A stretch of 64,000 nt of DNA from Pavona decussata (Eukaryota): contig CDRNST010000015.1 in the NCBI GenBank assembly GCA_977016875.1, positions 2,604,001-2,668,000 of the forward strand, read 5' to 3'. The notes below the pieces were generated by a model that was given only the letters and a program-made list of their open reading frames with translations, had not been told where the DNA came from and searched no databases. A program made the position numbers and the translations under genes. Shown one piece after another: positions 48,804 to 63,173 of this stretch (its first letter is position 1; each line of letters starts with the position of its first letter).

Positions 48804-49108
48804 TTTTAGTATAAATCTACTAGTGTTCTATCACGAATGCCGTTCTCTGATTGGCTACGCTACTCGCTATCTATTCTGTGATAGATAGTGAGTAGCGATT
48901 TTCAACAAAATGGCGCCCGCTTCGTCACGTTTTTGAAGTGTCTGCGATGAGGAAATAGATAATTTACTTGTTTAGTTTTGAACGACTAGTAGATTTATAC
49001 TAAAACAATTAGATTATTCGCTCTCGATTTCTATGCGTGATAGTTGATTCGGGCTTCGCCCTCATCAACTATCACGCGATAGAAATCTCGAGCTCATAAT
49101 CTAATTGT
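48804..49108 (-). mobile_element. Hairpin-headed repeat family C, copy 2 (inverted)
   Basis: Close reverse complement of 46301-46604. Confidence 0.8.
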
Positions 49109-52003
49109 TAAATAAATAAAGGAAAAGGTACAGATTCCGACAACGCCGATTTGTATGTCGAGCAACTAGCGTTAGGACTGCAGCTTACATATTGGTTTAT
49201 CCCTAAACAGAACGGTAAATCCAATTTTCAATCGCAAAATCCCACATTTCCAGATTGGATTAATAGACAGTTACTACGCACTAATATTCGACCGCGAATG
49301 TGATCTGTTCTGAGAAGCGAGCGGGACAAATATTCAAACATATTTTCAAACTCAAATAAGAGTTACTTCGTTTTTCACCCTTCAAACATTTTACTCACAG
49401 AAAACCGCGCTGGTAGGATGGTTTTTCGACATTTTTTTTATCGAAAAGTATATTAATCCATCGCTTTAGTCTGCATGGTAGAGCAGCAAAACTTTCTTCT
49501 TCTTGGAGCTTTCAAAGAATTTTTCGTTGTATTGAGGCGAACTAAAAATATCATTTGAATATTTCTCAGCTTTACTGATGGATGACAAAATTACCTTCTG
49601 TTATGACTGGGTTGAATCAGAACATATATCTTGCTTTAATAAGGGCAGCTGAGTGTCTGAATTACTCAAGGCGTCGTAGGGCTATTGTGAAAATTTTTCA
49701 GTAACCTGTAACTTTCTGTCTTACTCTATTTTATTTTATTTTTTTAGGCGTTAGACGTTTAAAAAGTTACTTTGTCTACATCATGACTTCACAAACGTAA
49801 TTGTTATTTTTTCTGAGAAGAATGCTATCTCCTCACTCAAGATTTTAAAAGCCTGCTGCGATCTCCAGCCAATATAATCAAAATTTCAGTTATAATGCTG
49901 TTTACTTATAAGGATTTGATAGCACATTACAAAACCAAAATTGACTTTGACTTATCCTTAGCCCCTCAGAGCAGAAAAAAGTTCCATTATTTAAGGCGAA
50001 CGGTGGTCTCCGAGAGTTCACCAGCGTTACGACACTCAATCTCGGGCAGTTTTGTTTCAAATTCTCGTACGCTCTCGGTGACTTTGTTGTATTCACATCG
50101 TACTGATAAAAGCTGCGAAAATTTTCTATGAGAATAGGGGCGGACAATTATTTATTTCCGTAAACAAGACGTATCCTCGACAAAGCTCTCATCCTGGTTT
50201 AATAGCTGGTCTGCAGATAACCATTGAGAAGTGAAAACATTCTCATCCAACTCTATGCATTCCTCATCCATGCCCGAGCAACTTTACGCGACAGCTGATA
50301 CAAGAACGGCACATTTTACCTTGAATAAAATATTACTTTGCGGTTTTTGAGTTTAAATAACCGCGACCAGGTGAAAGCAGAAAGTTATGATATACCGAAG
50401 TGCCAATCAACATTCTTAAAAACTTAATGGAATTGCAATTCAAGCCGCTTTTTCGCTGTAACGAGTTTGCGACGCGCCGAGATGCCGTTGAATATTTAAT
50501 GCAACAAATGATATGACACGATACGATAAACACCATATCCCCACAACGAAAACAGAGCCATGGTAAATAATGATTTTTGAGCTCGTTTCGTTCGGTACGG
50601 TTTCTCTTCTAAAGCCCAGAACTAAATATAGTTCGTGTTGGATTTTCCGGCAACGAACAAACACGAAATGACGCCAATATTCAGCGCACTTGCGCCATGA
50701 CCTATCATTGGTTGAAAAATTTCTCTTTACCTTGAGCAACTTGTTTCGAGACCGCAAATAATTTTCCAAGTCAACACCTAGCGCTGAAATCTATTTTAGC
50801 GGGCACGGGGTAATACAAATAAGAATTAAGAGATGGCATGAAATTCATTTAGCTCAAACTCAGACGAATGGTAAAGGCAACAAGAATCACCGACAACTGG
50901 CGATTTTTGTGTTCGATTTTGACCCACCGTGGATCGCTTGTTACAGGTACGAAGTGACAAGATTGTTTGTTTTGTTTTTTTTTTTCATTTCATGTTGCAG
51001 TTCAGTTAAAAAGGCAACAAAACCTAAGTTTTAGTGATTCGGAATGATAACTCCTCTTGGAAGACCCAACACACCTTTAGATCGTTTAGAAGGGCGTTTT
51101 TGAATTGTCTGCTACAAAACCCTTTTGCAAAATGCCTATAATTCCCTGAACCTAGAGTGTCAGGGATAAAATCTATTTCCCGGGATTTTTAACCTTTTGA
51201 CCGCGTGACAAACTATTACTTAAATCATACTTCTGATATCATCGAACGTACGAAATTTCCAGTATCTCCGCAATCGGCGGTATTTCATTTTGCGAAAGCG
51301 AAAATCGCAGAAAAAAGAAAATTGCTTTTTAAGATTGAACGAGAGATTTCATCATAGTATCTCCACTTCTTGTGATAATCCCGCACTTAAGCACAATTCC
51401 TCGTTTGCAAAATTATATCTTAAACATATTAATATTTATCTCCGTCACTGAGAGCTTTGGATAGGATGGAAAAATGATTTGAAAGTTTTTACCTTGGCTC
51501 CCCCAATTGTGTTAATCAACCGCTAATTGCGTTCTCTTACAGATTAATTTGTTTCGTTTCATTCATTTTTCGTTCCCCGCCTGAGTAAATGTCATCGAGA
51601 GAAACCCAATTCTAACGACTTTTAACCTATCAACAAAAACCTTAGTCATTTTTAAAATAAATAACCCAAAGTTCCACTTTGTCACCTAAACAAACCAATT
51701 TCACTTCGTTAAATGTCTCCACCTTCCACGTACTGAACTTGATTACGGACTTGAGCAAAAGTTTTACGTTTCATCGCCAATTGCTGGAATTTCAGTTTAA
51801 AGAATGTAGAAGTGCCGAGTCAGTTTCTACTCAGAACAGTCTGAAAGCAGCAGGGATAAAAAAGACTCCGTGTTTTAAAAACCTCGTGATACAACTGTAC
51901 AACTGAACACTGAAACAACTATTTCTTTAAATGGCTAAATACCTGCACTGTTCGATATTTTTATTTTTTCACTCATTGTTTTATGCATCTCTTTAAACTA
52001 CAG

Positions 52004-52242
52004 GCCCCAGTTGTTCAAAGGCCGGATAACTTTATCCAGTGGATAAGTCACTATCCGACAGTTTCAATCTGTGCAAAGATTTCAGTATTTCCTCTTGTAC
52101 AACAGAATATGCACACTCTAACCACTGCTTAGTTGGGGAGTGTACGAAAATCTTGGAAAACATTTAACGTGAAGTATATTTTAGACGCTGAAGAGTGCCT
52201 TATCCAGCGGAAAAAGTTATCCGGCTATTGAACAACTGGGGC
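52004..52242. mobile_element. MITE with CAG TSD (Harbinger-like)
   Basis: TIR gccccagttgttcaa..gccggataact / agttatccggc..ttgaacaactggggc; cag on both sides. Confidence 0.85.
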
Positions 52243-54850
52243 CAGGTGTATAGAGTTTTGTTGCGCGTTTCAGGTTAGAAACTAGAGAGCTTAAAAATGC
52301 TTGTTCAAAAACGTTTCGTATCCTTTTTGGAAATCTGTGCGTTTTCATTCGTTTTCACTGTATAAAGACTTGCTCCACTTAAGACCATTTGTAGCGTCTT
52401 CTTTGATAACACCTCCAAAAAATTTCAAGGAACCTGAAAATATTCGACGATTTCGAATTCTGAATTTCTGACGACGTTTTTTTAAAAAAAAGGCCGTAGA
52501 TTGCCAGATAATTAGAACAGTACTGCATTCCTGAAGTTTTCGAGCATTTATTGGCTAGAAATTCGCAAACTGGTTGATAATTGTAATACTTTTAACACAC
52601 AAGCTCCCACACCATCCAAGGGGACCATGGTCGTGACGCACTTGTGTCGTCATTACGTTTAACGCCAGAAGATGTTTGTTACCAAGCGATAAAATAGGAA
52701 AAAGCCTCACAAATACATGCCTTAATGAGCGTGACAGGATGCGTTAAGGAGGCAATCTGGTTGAATTTTTTTTATGAAAAACAGTCAACTCTCGTTACAG
52801 TGGACACCCTCGGGACGTCGTTTAGTGTCCGTAATAGCGAGAGTCCGTAAAAACGGGGTGTGAGGATCAACAGAGGTGGCGGCCTGGGGCTTGAGATTCC
52901 AGTTATTTATGAGTTACGTGGCGACCCAAAATATTGTGTAAGAACAAGCTTATCAACAGTAGTGAATCTGCTGAGCAGTCGTTAAGAATGGAGGATGAGG
53001 GCTTGGTCTCTCCTAAAGAATCTGGAGGGAAAAGGCACAAGAGTGTTGTACAACCACTAATGAAATTTACGCGAGAATAAACATTCCAGAAGTGTTTTGA
53101 AGTGTGTTTTGACAAATGACGAACATCAGACTGCAATTTATTTTACATGCGAAGTTCATGGTGTCCGCTTTATCGAGAGTCAAAACAATAAAATTGTTAT
53201 GTTTGTACCAAACAAACATAACAATCTAAGTCAGTCCAAGTCAGATTTTGATGGATCACAGTTCCCTGGAGCCGAGTTGACGTGCCTCTCTCATGCGCAT
53301 GGCATTAATGGATAAATAAACTTGACAATCGTTAAAATGATGGACTTGCGCGAGTTAACAAGTAGATAGCAACGATGTAAGGCGATGTAAAAATCACCAC
53401 ACATGATGCAAACCATCACAATGACCTGACTGGGAGTTTTCTGAAGTCGTTCCTTGTCTTCCGAAGGATTTTCTTGCTCTCTCTTTGTGTTCCCTAAACT
53501 CAGTAAACCGCCTTCATCCCAGTGATCCAATATAGAGCTCCACAAAATCATTTGAAACGCTGCAAACTGGCCCTGGCTTTCCCAGTAAAGGCCAAAAGGT
53601 GGGAATCGACAACATCACATACTCAGATTTGGTTAGTTTGTCTATTTCGAATATGAATACCTTATGCCGCGTAGATTTCGTAGTTAATCAAGGACACGTT
53701 TAACGTATTCGTGGGCATAGAAACGACGCTATATATGCGCGCGCTCCAAAAGGGTACTTTCAAACATCTGAACATGAAAGATAATTGCATTGGGTAGTTT
53801 GGCTGCATTTTACTAAGGTAGTGGTTAGATAAAAGTCAACATTGCGCCACAAATATCTCTCCATCACTTTGAAGAAGAATACGGAAAGTAGAAAAATTGT
53901 TGTAAGCAACCTGTATTGACTTCTTCACGACAACAGGACTACAAAAGTACTCGATGTGATACGAACACGTGATCTTCGTCATATGTATGGGATGCTCTAA
54001 CCATCAAACTACAGGAACCCTTGTGGCGACCAATCGCGAAGGCATTTACTAGCTATAGGTTCATATTTGCAGCAAGTCCTCTAAGATCAGTAATGTCCAC
54101 GGAGCGTCTAGCGCAGCGATGAAGCGTAGTCAAATAAATCCGACACACGGAACTGGTGAAGCGAATGAGCGGACATCGGGAATAACAGGATGCTGTAAAT
54201 GTCCGATTTAAATTAATGGGGATTTATGTTCTGTTACTAAATATACCATGATAGACAACCTCCGCAATGTATACCTTGCTGGGTAACTATAACTGTTTCC
54301 AAACATTTTGTTTTGTTTAATATAACTGCTCTAGCGTGCTTCATAGCTTTTATTTTCACTGTTTTTCCCTGCGCATGCATGCCGCTAGCTTGATATTGTT
54401 CCTTCCGTATAAATGACGCATCTATTCTTTGTTCTCCAAACCAACGCAAAGTGAAACCAATTTATACATTAAACCATTTGAGAACCTCTGAAATCTTTAC
54501 ACACAAAATTATGGCCATTATCTTTGGTTTGTTTATTTTCTTGATTGTTTTACGTTGAGAAACAAGATATATATCTTTCCCAACAGCATTGTAGCTTGCA
54601 GCTATAAGTAGTAAAACATGAAAGTGCGCCTCCTTAATGTTTCAATACAAATTTTTACTTGGTTATCCGGCTTCTTGAATGAGATGGGGTAGTTTATTTT
54701 TATCATGGCTTCATATTAACCTGAAACGTTCAGTCAGTAAGTAAAGATAAGGAAAAGCCGCCGGTAATTCGGGGTTTCGAGTTCCATATGGCCGAAGGTT
54801 AACCAACGAAAATACTAAATTATAAACTTTACAGATATTTTACGCCATAG

Positions 54851-55097
54851 TAGAGAGACTAAGAATCGCGTTTACGACAAACGGCAAACGTAAGAATATG
54901 TTTTCTTCAAAAAAAAGAGGACATAGATGAGAACGGTGCAAAATAATTCTGGCCTTTCATGTTAAAGCAAAGCTACTCAATTGTTACTGAGAAACTGAAA
55001 ACAGCGAGCGGCTAATGAATGATAAATTAAACATGGTCACGTAGTTTAATTTCTGTCGTTTTGCCGTTTGCCTTAAGCGGAATTCTTAATCTCTCCG
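54851..55097. mobile_element. MITE with imperfect TIRs
   Basis: agagactaagaatcgcgtttacgacaaacggcaaa / tttgccgtttgccttaagcggaattcttaatctct. Confidence 0.65.
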
Positions 55098-58000
55098 ATG
55101 AAGGGAATGCAAACATGGGGGAAAATACCGAACTCAATAAGAAAATAAAAACTGGAATTTAATGGCATCAGATCTTACAGATAGAAATCTAAGAGGAGTG
55201 AGATGATTTAACTGATCTCACAATCCACCTGCGTACGGCACTTGGAGTAAAAAGACTATTGCTAAAGTATTGTTTTACGCACCTATACACGTATAGCATT
55301 TGTTCACTTAAGTAACGGCCACAATTTTCTCAGTTTATCTCTGTTTCATGATATCCTAGGAATAGGAAATTTATTCACGTAATAAAAGTATTTCTTTTAA
55401 ATTATATTTTAGATACTGTCAACGACGGATTTATTATTAAAAACGCAACAAAATGAAAATGTTAAACCAGTTGATATTCAAAACGTTTTGTAAACAATTG
55501 GCTCAACACAAGTACTTAACGGATTATTTTTCATGCACGTCAAATTTGGTTCATAAAACAAACTCAGATTTAGGTCTGGTTTTCGAGATACCATATTTAC
55601 CAAGTTCGTACTGCATTCTATACTTTTCAGATGAATTCATACTCAGAAAGGAAAATTGAACTTCTTCGTGACACCTGCCACAATTTTTTCCAGGGTATAA
55701 AGAAGCAAAAATTAAACATTGCTTGTCTTGTAACTCAACGAAACCTGTAAAACGCGCGCGTTTGCAACTTTGGCTCAGAGTGAAATTTTTTTTAATAAAA
55801 CTGCCTACGACATCAATTCATTCCTTCGGCGTTTTGATCCGCTTTGAATTTCTTCAAAGTAAAGTACTAGTTATGATTTTATGTTTCACACAAATTTCAC
55901 TAATAGATAAAAAACGAAACAAAAAATCATTGCTACTTCAGGTTTTGAAAGTAGGAGTTAGAGTTGATGGCGCAACTATTAAAAAAGAAAACATGTAGGC
56001 ACGAAGCAACTAAACAAGCTTAGAGGACAAACAAACTGAAGCTCACCTACCTTAGTTCTTCCATGAATGAGCGCTTTGTGGAATAACTGCTCAAGTCGTC
56101 ACGTTGTAAACAGCGGGTACGATGGTGGTAAAATTACTCAATGGTATTCCGAGTCAAGGCAATCAATGATTGCTTCTAGAAGGAACAAACAAAATTGCAA
56201 GTATATTTAAATTTGTTTGTGATACTTAAAGGACAATGCAACGAACGAACGAACATACGCAGCTAGAAGTCAGTGTAAAAAACATACGCCGCGTGAATTT
56301 CTTTTCAAATGTGACAAGCACGTGCCTGTCAATCAAAATTTCTAATCTGAAAAGGAGCTGTTTGCAGTTTTCTCGTAGCTCATTGGTCAAATAATAGAAC
56401 GGACGTTAGACCACTTAAAAGAGGCTCGAGGGCGCTATATAAGTGTTTTAGCTAAAGCGGTTTAAAATGTAATCAAGATTTAAAGTAGTGTTCGAGGAAT
56501 ACCTACTCGTCTTGCAATACTGTATAATTTATATTTACGATAGTCAATGTACCGCTTTTTCTAGTGCAGTGCTTTTCGTGTACAAGGCATAAGATCGTTA
56601 GACTTCCTTTGCTTGTCAAATTAATAGTTCTTTTCTCCGCTTGGTGTTAATATTCCCAACCAAGAAAACAATCATTTCAGCGGCGGTTTTCAAATGGTTG
56701 TAAAACTAACGCTGTATCAGTCTATACGGCTTTTACGGCACTTTTTACACGATATCACATCGATCCTTACAATTTATTTCCTGATCAAAATTATTGTTTT
56801 CAGGCTTTTTTGGAATTAATTTTGAAGTGAGCCAAACAAGAATCAATTGGACGTGTTTTGAGTTATTAAATTTTTAAAAAATACATGAGCATTGGTAGTC
56901 AGTACTGACAGTACTGCACTAAGACAAAGTCTAGTATTTTTTTAGGTATGTGACGAATTATTTCTTAAGGAAGAAAATTTATACGACATTTCGTGAGGGT
57001 AAAGGTGCGTCATTGATTTGTAGCTTTTACAAAGGCGCTTCCGTTTGTTCAATGCGATGCGCTTGAGGCTCCACTTAAGCTTGTACTCAGAGAACTCGTT
57101 AACTTCGTAAGTCCGGCGCTTTTGAAATAAAGAAATTATGATGATACAAGGACGTCAGTACTCCTCGAGAAATTGCCAGAAAGTAATTTGCCAGTGGCTC
57201 GACAAAGCGGCTACATTTATCACAGTTTAAAATGTTATTTTTGCACAGCAAGAGTTACGAAGAAAGTATAAACGTCATTGACAAACAAAACTGTTGGTTA
57301 TGACGATAAATTTACGGAGAACAAAATTCCGTGACGCATATGAATGAGTTACGAAAGCGACAATTTATTAATAACGCGGGAGAAGTTAATATTCATGACT
57401 CGTTCCCCATCTGCCACGCAAAGTCTTGATATTAAAAAAAACTTGATAACTCGGTGTTAAAATTTGTTCTCTCGCCTCCAACGTTACCTAAGAAATTTGT
57501 TAACCTGTGGTGTTGATCCCACGCAAATAGGTCGCATGCCGATAAACCGAAGGATGACAGAAATTATAACAGATCCAACATTTTAATTAAAATTGGGCTT
57601 TTAAGGCAGCTGTTAAATATTCCGCCTTTCAGACGCATTGGGTATTTGATTGCCCTCTGCCAAGAAAAAGCACGTATATGATCAAAGTGACTTCTAAATG
57701 CTTTAAATTTTGAATCTAAAGGCTTTTTCTACGTAATAGAGAAACTTACTTAGCTGGATCGTTTTAAAAAAAGAAGCCTATATCAACGATATTGAAAAGA
57801 AGTAATCAATTTGCGTTAAATAACGCCAAGGGAATATCTAAATATTCTTCAATTAATTAGGTCGTTTTTTATTAGACTACGAAACGAAGTTTTTTATTTA
57901 ACTATTTTATTTAACTCCACGGCAAGCTCGAGGTTTCCATCGGCTGATGGTTAGTAAGAGGCGATGCCTCGAGCTGAGTTTTCAAGTTTACAGAACTGAG

Positions 58001-58585
58001 AGCGTGCCTTATTGTTTTAACATAATTGAGCTGGTGCGTGATCTATTCGAAAACAAAAAGCGGTAAAATTAAAGTGGTTTATTACTAGCTGGTTAGTTGA
58101 TTTGTGAGGTGGCAATTTTGCTTGCACGCGCTCCTACGGCAGTCTTTCGAAAATTAAAAAGCCCTTGTTTAGCCAATCAGATTGCGAGTTTGCTTAATAC
58201 TTGGTTAGCGGGTTATGCTAACAACGGATAGTCAACGAGCGAGAACTATCAGGTTAATCATAGATCCAGAAAACACAGATAATTAGATAAAGACAATATT
58301 TACGCCATATTTGCAGACAACCCGTTGTCTTTCCACAAGGGAAGGCTGGATATGGCATGATAGATAACTATAAACATGCCACATCTAACAAGAGGGAGTA
58401 AAATAATTGTTTCATTGAAAAATAGCCAAGAATTATTACTGGACCCTATTGATTCTATTTTGCAAGAAAGACCAGAAGACGGTTTTAATTAAAGGCATGG
58501 TAGAATGGCTGATATTGCATAGTCGCTAAACCAATCAAAACTCAAGAATTTTGTTATCCAATGATATACAATTTGTAATAATGGC

Positions 58586-58754
58586 AATAGGCCATTTCCG
58601 AGTTACTGTGAACCTCATTATGAAAGCGAGGCTAAGTGCAAAAGCTTTCATATGAAAATTAGTTTTGTTTGCATATGAATGAATGAATAATAAAAACTTT
58701 GCACTTAGCTTTACTTTCATAATGAGGTTCACAGCAACTCCGAAATGGCCTATT
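58586..58754. mobile_element. Palindromic MITE
   Basis: aataggccatttccgagttactgtgaacctcattatgaaag ... ctttcataatgaggttcacagcaactccgaaatggcctatt; the element is almost entirely a foldback. Confidence 0.85.
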
Positions 58755-61700
58755 GCAGTTTACCAAGAAATTTTCTCTGAGACCGATTGGTTTAAATTTA
58801 TCACTTGGTGTGATAGTGTTCATTTGCTGAAGCAATAGCGTTCAGCTGACAAAAATTAAATACCTGGATGGATAGAACCCGTCTGCAAAACTAAAACTTA
58901 CGCATTTAGTTTTCTAGTTCATTAACAAACAGATTGTTTCATTGCATTTATATCTAGTATGCTTACGCTTCTTTTATTTCAACGGTTTGCCTTGCAGGTC
59001 AAATTGTTGAGCTGTATATTGGCAATACCAGTTTCACTGATCTTTGGTCGGAAGAAAATTTATTGATGAACAATAAGAACAATCGCCCGTTCCGAAGTTC
59101 ACAAAGAGACTAGGCTCTAGTTTACACATTGTTCAAATTGCGGCATATGAAGAAGTGAATCCTATCGCCAGGATGATCACATAAAAATTAGTAAGTTTAC
59201 CAGGTTTGGATATGTTTCATTGCGTAGTAACCAGGCCGTGACCTGTTAAAGGTCACACAAATTCCATACGAATGTCTATGGTCTCCCAAATCCATAGAAA
59301 GTCTCTAATTATTCTCCTTTTTGAAAGCCTTCTACATGGTTACAATCTAACGACAGAACCTCAAAATTGGTAAACTAACTAATTTTAATGTGATCTTTCT
59401 TGTGATGGACTCCTATTTCTGATTAAATGAAAATTTAAAAACTCGTCCCCAGTCTCCATTTGAACTCTGGAACAAATATATTCCGTCTGGCAGTTTCCCT
59501 TGAACATTTTTAAAGATATATGCAAAATATGAAACACTCAACATGTTAGTACCCCAACTTCCAGTTTTCCTCTTGAATCCACCTCGAAGATTGAGAATCA
59601 GCCAAGTAACACATCTCGAAAAAAATAGCCCAGCTGTTTTTTGTTTGTTTGTGTGTTTGTTTGTTCATTTCTTTTTCGCCAGTTCTCCTAAAATGTCAAA
59701 ATTTTTCCAAAAATTCTAAATATCTTGAAAATTACTAATTTCTGACTCACTTTTTGAAACAAGAATAGCCACAATATCGTTAAGTTTCAGTATTAAAGCT
59801 TTGGAAACAAATAGTGTCTAGCAAGTCATAACTTGTGGGTTAAAGAAGAACTACCATGATTAATTATCATTTAATACGAATTGTGGGATATGCCTTCGAC
59901 AAGAGAAGCCGCTGAATTAATTTACTGTTGACAATGACATGTGGTCCTCAAATTAAAACAATGTATTCTAAAAATCTCCGCCTTTTAAGAAGAAAAAAAA
60001 ATAAAAAAGCTTCATAAAAATGCCAGGTTGTTTGAAGCTAAGCTACATTCACAGTGGCTTGTACGATTGTAGTTTTAATTGGATTTTAATTTTTAATTTA
60101 AATTCAGAATTAGACCTTTTGAAGAAAACGGTTTTGTCCATGTTATTTACGTAGACTTATGTTAAGGTGTATCATAATTTTGGCCTTGGAAATGGCTTTA
60201 AACAAAAGAAACAATGATAATTTTAAACACCAGGATTAACATAAGTTCCCTACTTTCGACAACCGAACGACGATCGTCTAAACAAAGGCCTTCCATTAAA
60301 AAATTACCCTTGATTTTCTAACAAACATTCTTAAAATAAAAAAAAAAAAATTCTTTTAAAGATCAAAATATCAAGTGCGAACCATTTGGGAGTTCACATT
60401 TTCAATATACCACCTTTTAAAATATACACAGAACCCAGTAATTAGTCGTTTTATATGATCTAAGGAGGTTGCGAGTCGATCAAGGCAAAAGTGAAAACGG
60501 CAGAAGTAATTTATCTTGTTGCTTTCCTTTTATCAAAATAGTTTTAATTTAAGCCTTATATTCGTGAACTATATGATACTTTTGTCTCAACACCGGAAAC
60601 TGCAAAATCCTCAACGTTGGATCCAAACTCTGCACGCAGCACCGCACGTCTAACAGATCTTTAAATGCAGTCAAAAATGTAATTAGAATGATTACTCGAC
60701 CCAGTCGACAAAGATTCCGGACCGCTTATGGTGTGTTCTATTACCTTCTCTTAGCGTTAAATGGCGCGTTTGATACTGAATATACTTTTTTGATCTGAAC
60801 TCAGCCAAAAGTGAGGGTGAAATGAGAGGCTTTGAAGCAAAGTTGGTCAACCCATAAAACTGCGAATTGCCCCTAGTAAAGAATCAATTGCAAATTCCAC
60901 GAAAGTGCGTTTCACAGCCAGAGGAACATTTAAAGAGATACAAATTATTTTCTATTTTTTGGTAGGGGTGAATTTTTATTGCATTTTTAACCAAAATAGG
61001 AAATTTCCATACTTTTTTTTTAAAATTTGGAATAGACGCCTTAGCTTTTGGCCCCTTCAAATAAGAAAGAAAGTCAACAAGACCTCAGGTAGAATTATGC
61101 CCTTTCACAACGAATATAACGACAACTGCAAAAGAAGATCGCCGGGATAAACCTTTTTGAAGTAAAATTAGCCATGTTTCATTGGCAAGCACGGCCCGAC
61201 AAACAATGTGTTTGTCGACAACTACCTCTCTGGTATACTTGTCATCAAGATGATGCTGTACAAGGCGGTTGTGCCTGTGGATAAAATCCTAAATTGTCAA
61301 CATTTAAATTAAAGCTGGGTAGAAGTTCTTTCCACAGTTGATGCATGTTATTTATTATTTTAGAAATACGTCTCTTGATTCAACTTTGAATTGGGCGAAT
61401 AAGATTGACGAAAGTGAGACAAGTACTCGCACGTCTTTCCGTTGTGAACCAGTTTTCTTAAAAATCTTTCAACCCTGAAGAAAAGAATGACTTTAACATT
61501 GACCGTACAAAAGTACGCTTAATTACGTTTAATTCTTAAACTATGGCGGCATTTTGTAAAAGGAGAGAAAACATGTTGTATTCGAGGTTATGTCGAACAG
61601 CAAAACTTACGAACTCATGAATACCCTTGAAACGTGAAAGATGTCGTACCATCGTCGCTAAACTAATATGAGTGAACCGAGATAACCTTTATAAGAGGGC

Positions 61701-62808
61701 ATTCGCTGATTATACTCCATTGGATTGGAGTTTACAAATAAAATGATACAGACGTCGAAATGTTAATGACTGAATTTTATGAACCACGCAAAAATAAACA
61801 TCTTATCAGTATAGTTTGAGACTTGAAGGCAAAAGAGTGTATCCATCTTTATGTCTACTTTGACAAAAAATTGTAACATTGTTACATGCGCCTCACCTGT
61901 AGTGGTCAAGTCCGCGAAGATCGATCAAGGACTTACAGTTTTCCTTTTGTTATTGAAAGAGTAGCATTATGTAAAAAAAACATGACATGTTTTGGTTGTG
62001 CCAGTCTTGGATATAGCATCGCAATCGCTTGAAATAATATTAAACTTTCTTTGGAAATCTCAACAAAGGGATTTCTTAAATTCTGATCTTAACTCTTCAA
62101 TACCAGATGTTTAAAGGCTATGAAATTTTAAATCCTTTGACAAAAAAACTTATTCTTTTTTGAAAGCGTCTTAATTAATTTTTCTGAGTATCTGTCAAGC
62201 TTAGCTTAATAACAATCTCCAATTCACACCAGGAAATTAAAACAATACAAGGGATCTAAATTTCAATTTATTACGACCTTGACCGAAAATACCGGGTTTT
62301 GTAGAGTACGTTTTAAATTATGTTTTGACGAGACTAGGCGGGAAAATTCATGTCCACTATCTCCGAAAATAAATAAAAAATGAGGTGTTTATAATATCGT
62401 CGCGACAGGAGGCCTAGTAATTTTCTCGCGCTTCTCAAGTTTTGTAATGAATAGAAAAAAATATAACCCACGGGAAATCTCGCTAGGCAAACATAAGTTA
62501 ATTTTAAAAGTTGACTTCAACTAAACTCGTGGACGTACATGGCAATATCTTAATAAGAAAATATATCAATCGTGCCTTTTTTAAAAAAGGGCTATGTCAT
62601 CGGGATTTTTAAGTTTTTTTAACAAAATTGTGCTAAAATTAAAACTAAGTACCTTTTTTGTTCACAAAACGTTCCCAGAAAGATATATAGATACTGTAAG
62701 CGGAAAGTTCGATCCTCGTCCTGTCCCTCCCTTCTTCCTCTCCTCATCCTCCTCCCTCCCCCACCCCCATCCCCCACACACACACCACACACACCCACTC
62801 ACACTTAA

Positions 62809-63136
62809 GGACGGTGCCTACTACTACCGAAGTATTTTTGCGCGGTTTATGACTATGCGGGAAAAGCAGATCTTAGCAAGGGCTATGGAAATCCAAAAAG
62901 AAAATTAGGGGGAACCACGTAATTTTTAGAAATAATTAAGCAACAATTATTCTAAAAAGCAGTAAAATACGAAGCAATGTATGGCGTTTTTTTCCAAATT
63001 GAAGCTTTATAATCTCTGAAAAATGCATGGTTACCCCCAATTTTCTTTATGGATGCCAAGAGCAGTTGCTAAGTTCTGCTTTCTCTGCATAGTTTTAAAC
63101 CACCACCCATAGGAAATCGGAGTATCTCAAGATGCA

Positions 63137-63167
<31 letters not shown>

Positions 63168-63173
63168 ACATCC
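62809..63173. mobile_element. TTAA-flanked MITE (Kolobok-like)
   Basis: TTAA|ggacggtgcctacta ... tagtaggcaacatcc|TTAA. Confidence 0.8.

Noticed and set aside
52903-53551. Minus-strand ORFs with exon-like edges
   Set aside because: No recognisable motif and no consistent spliced frame could be built.
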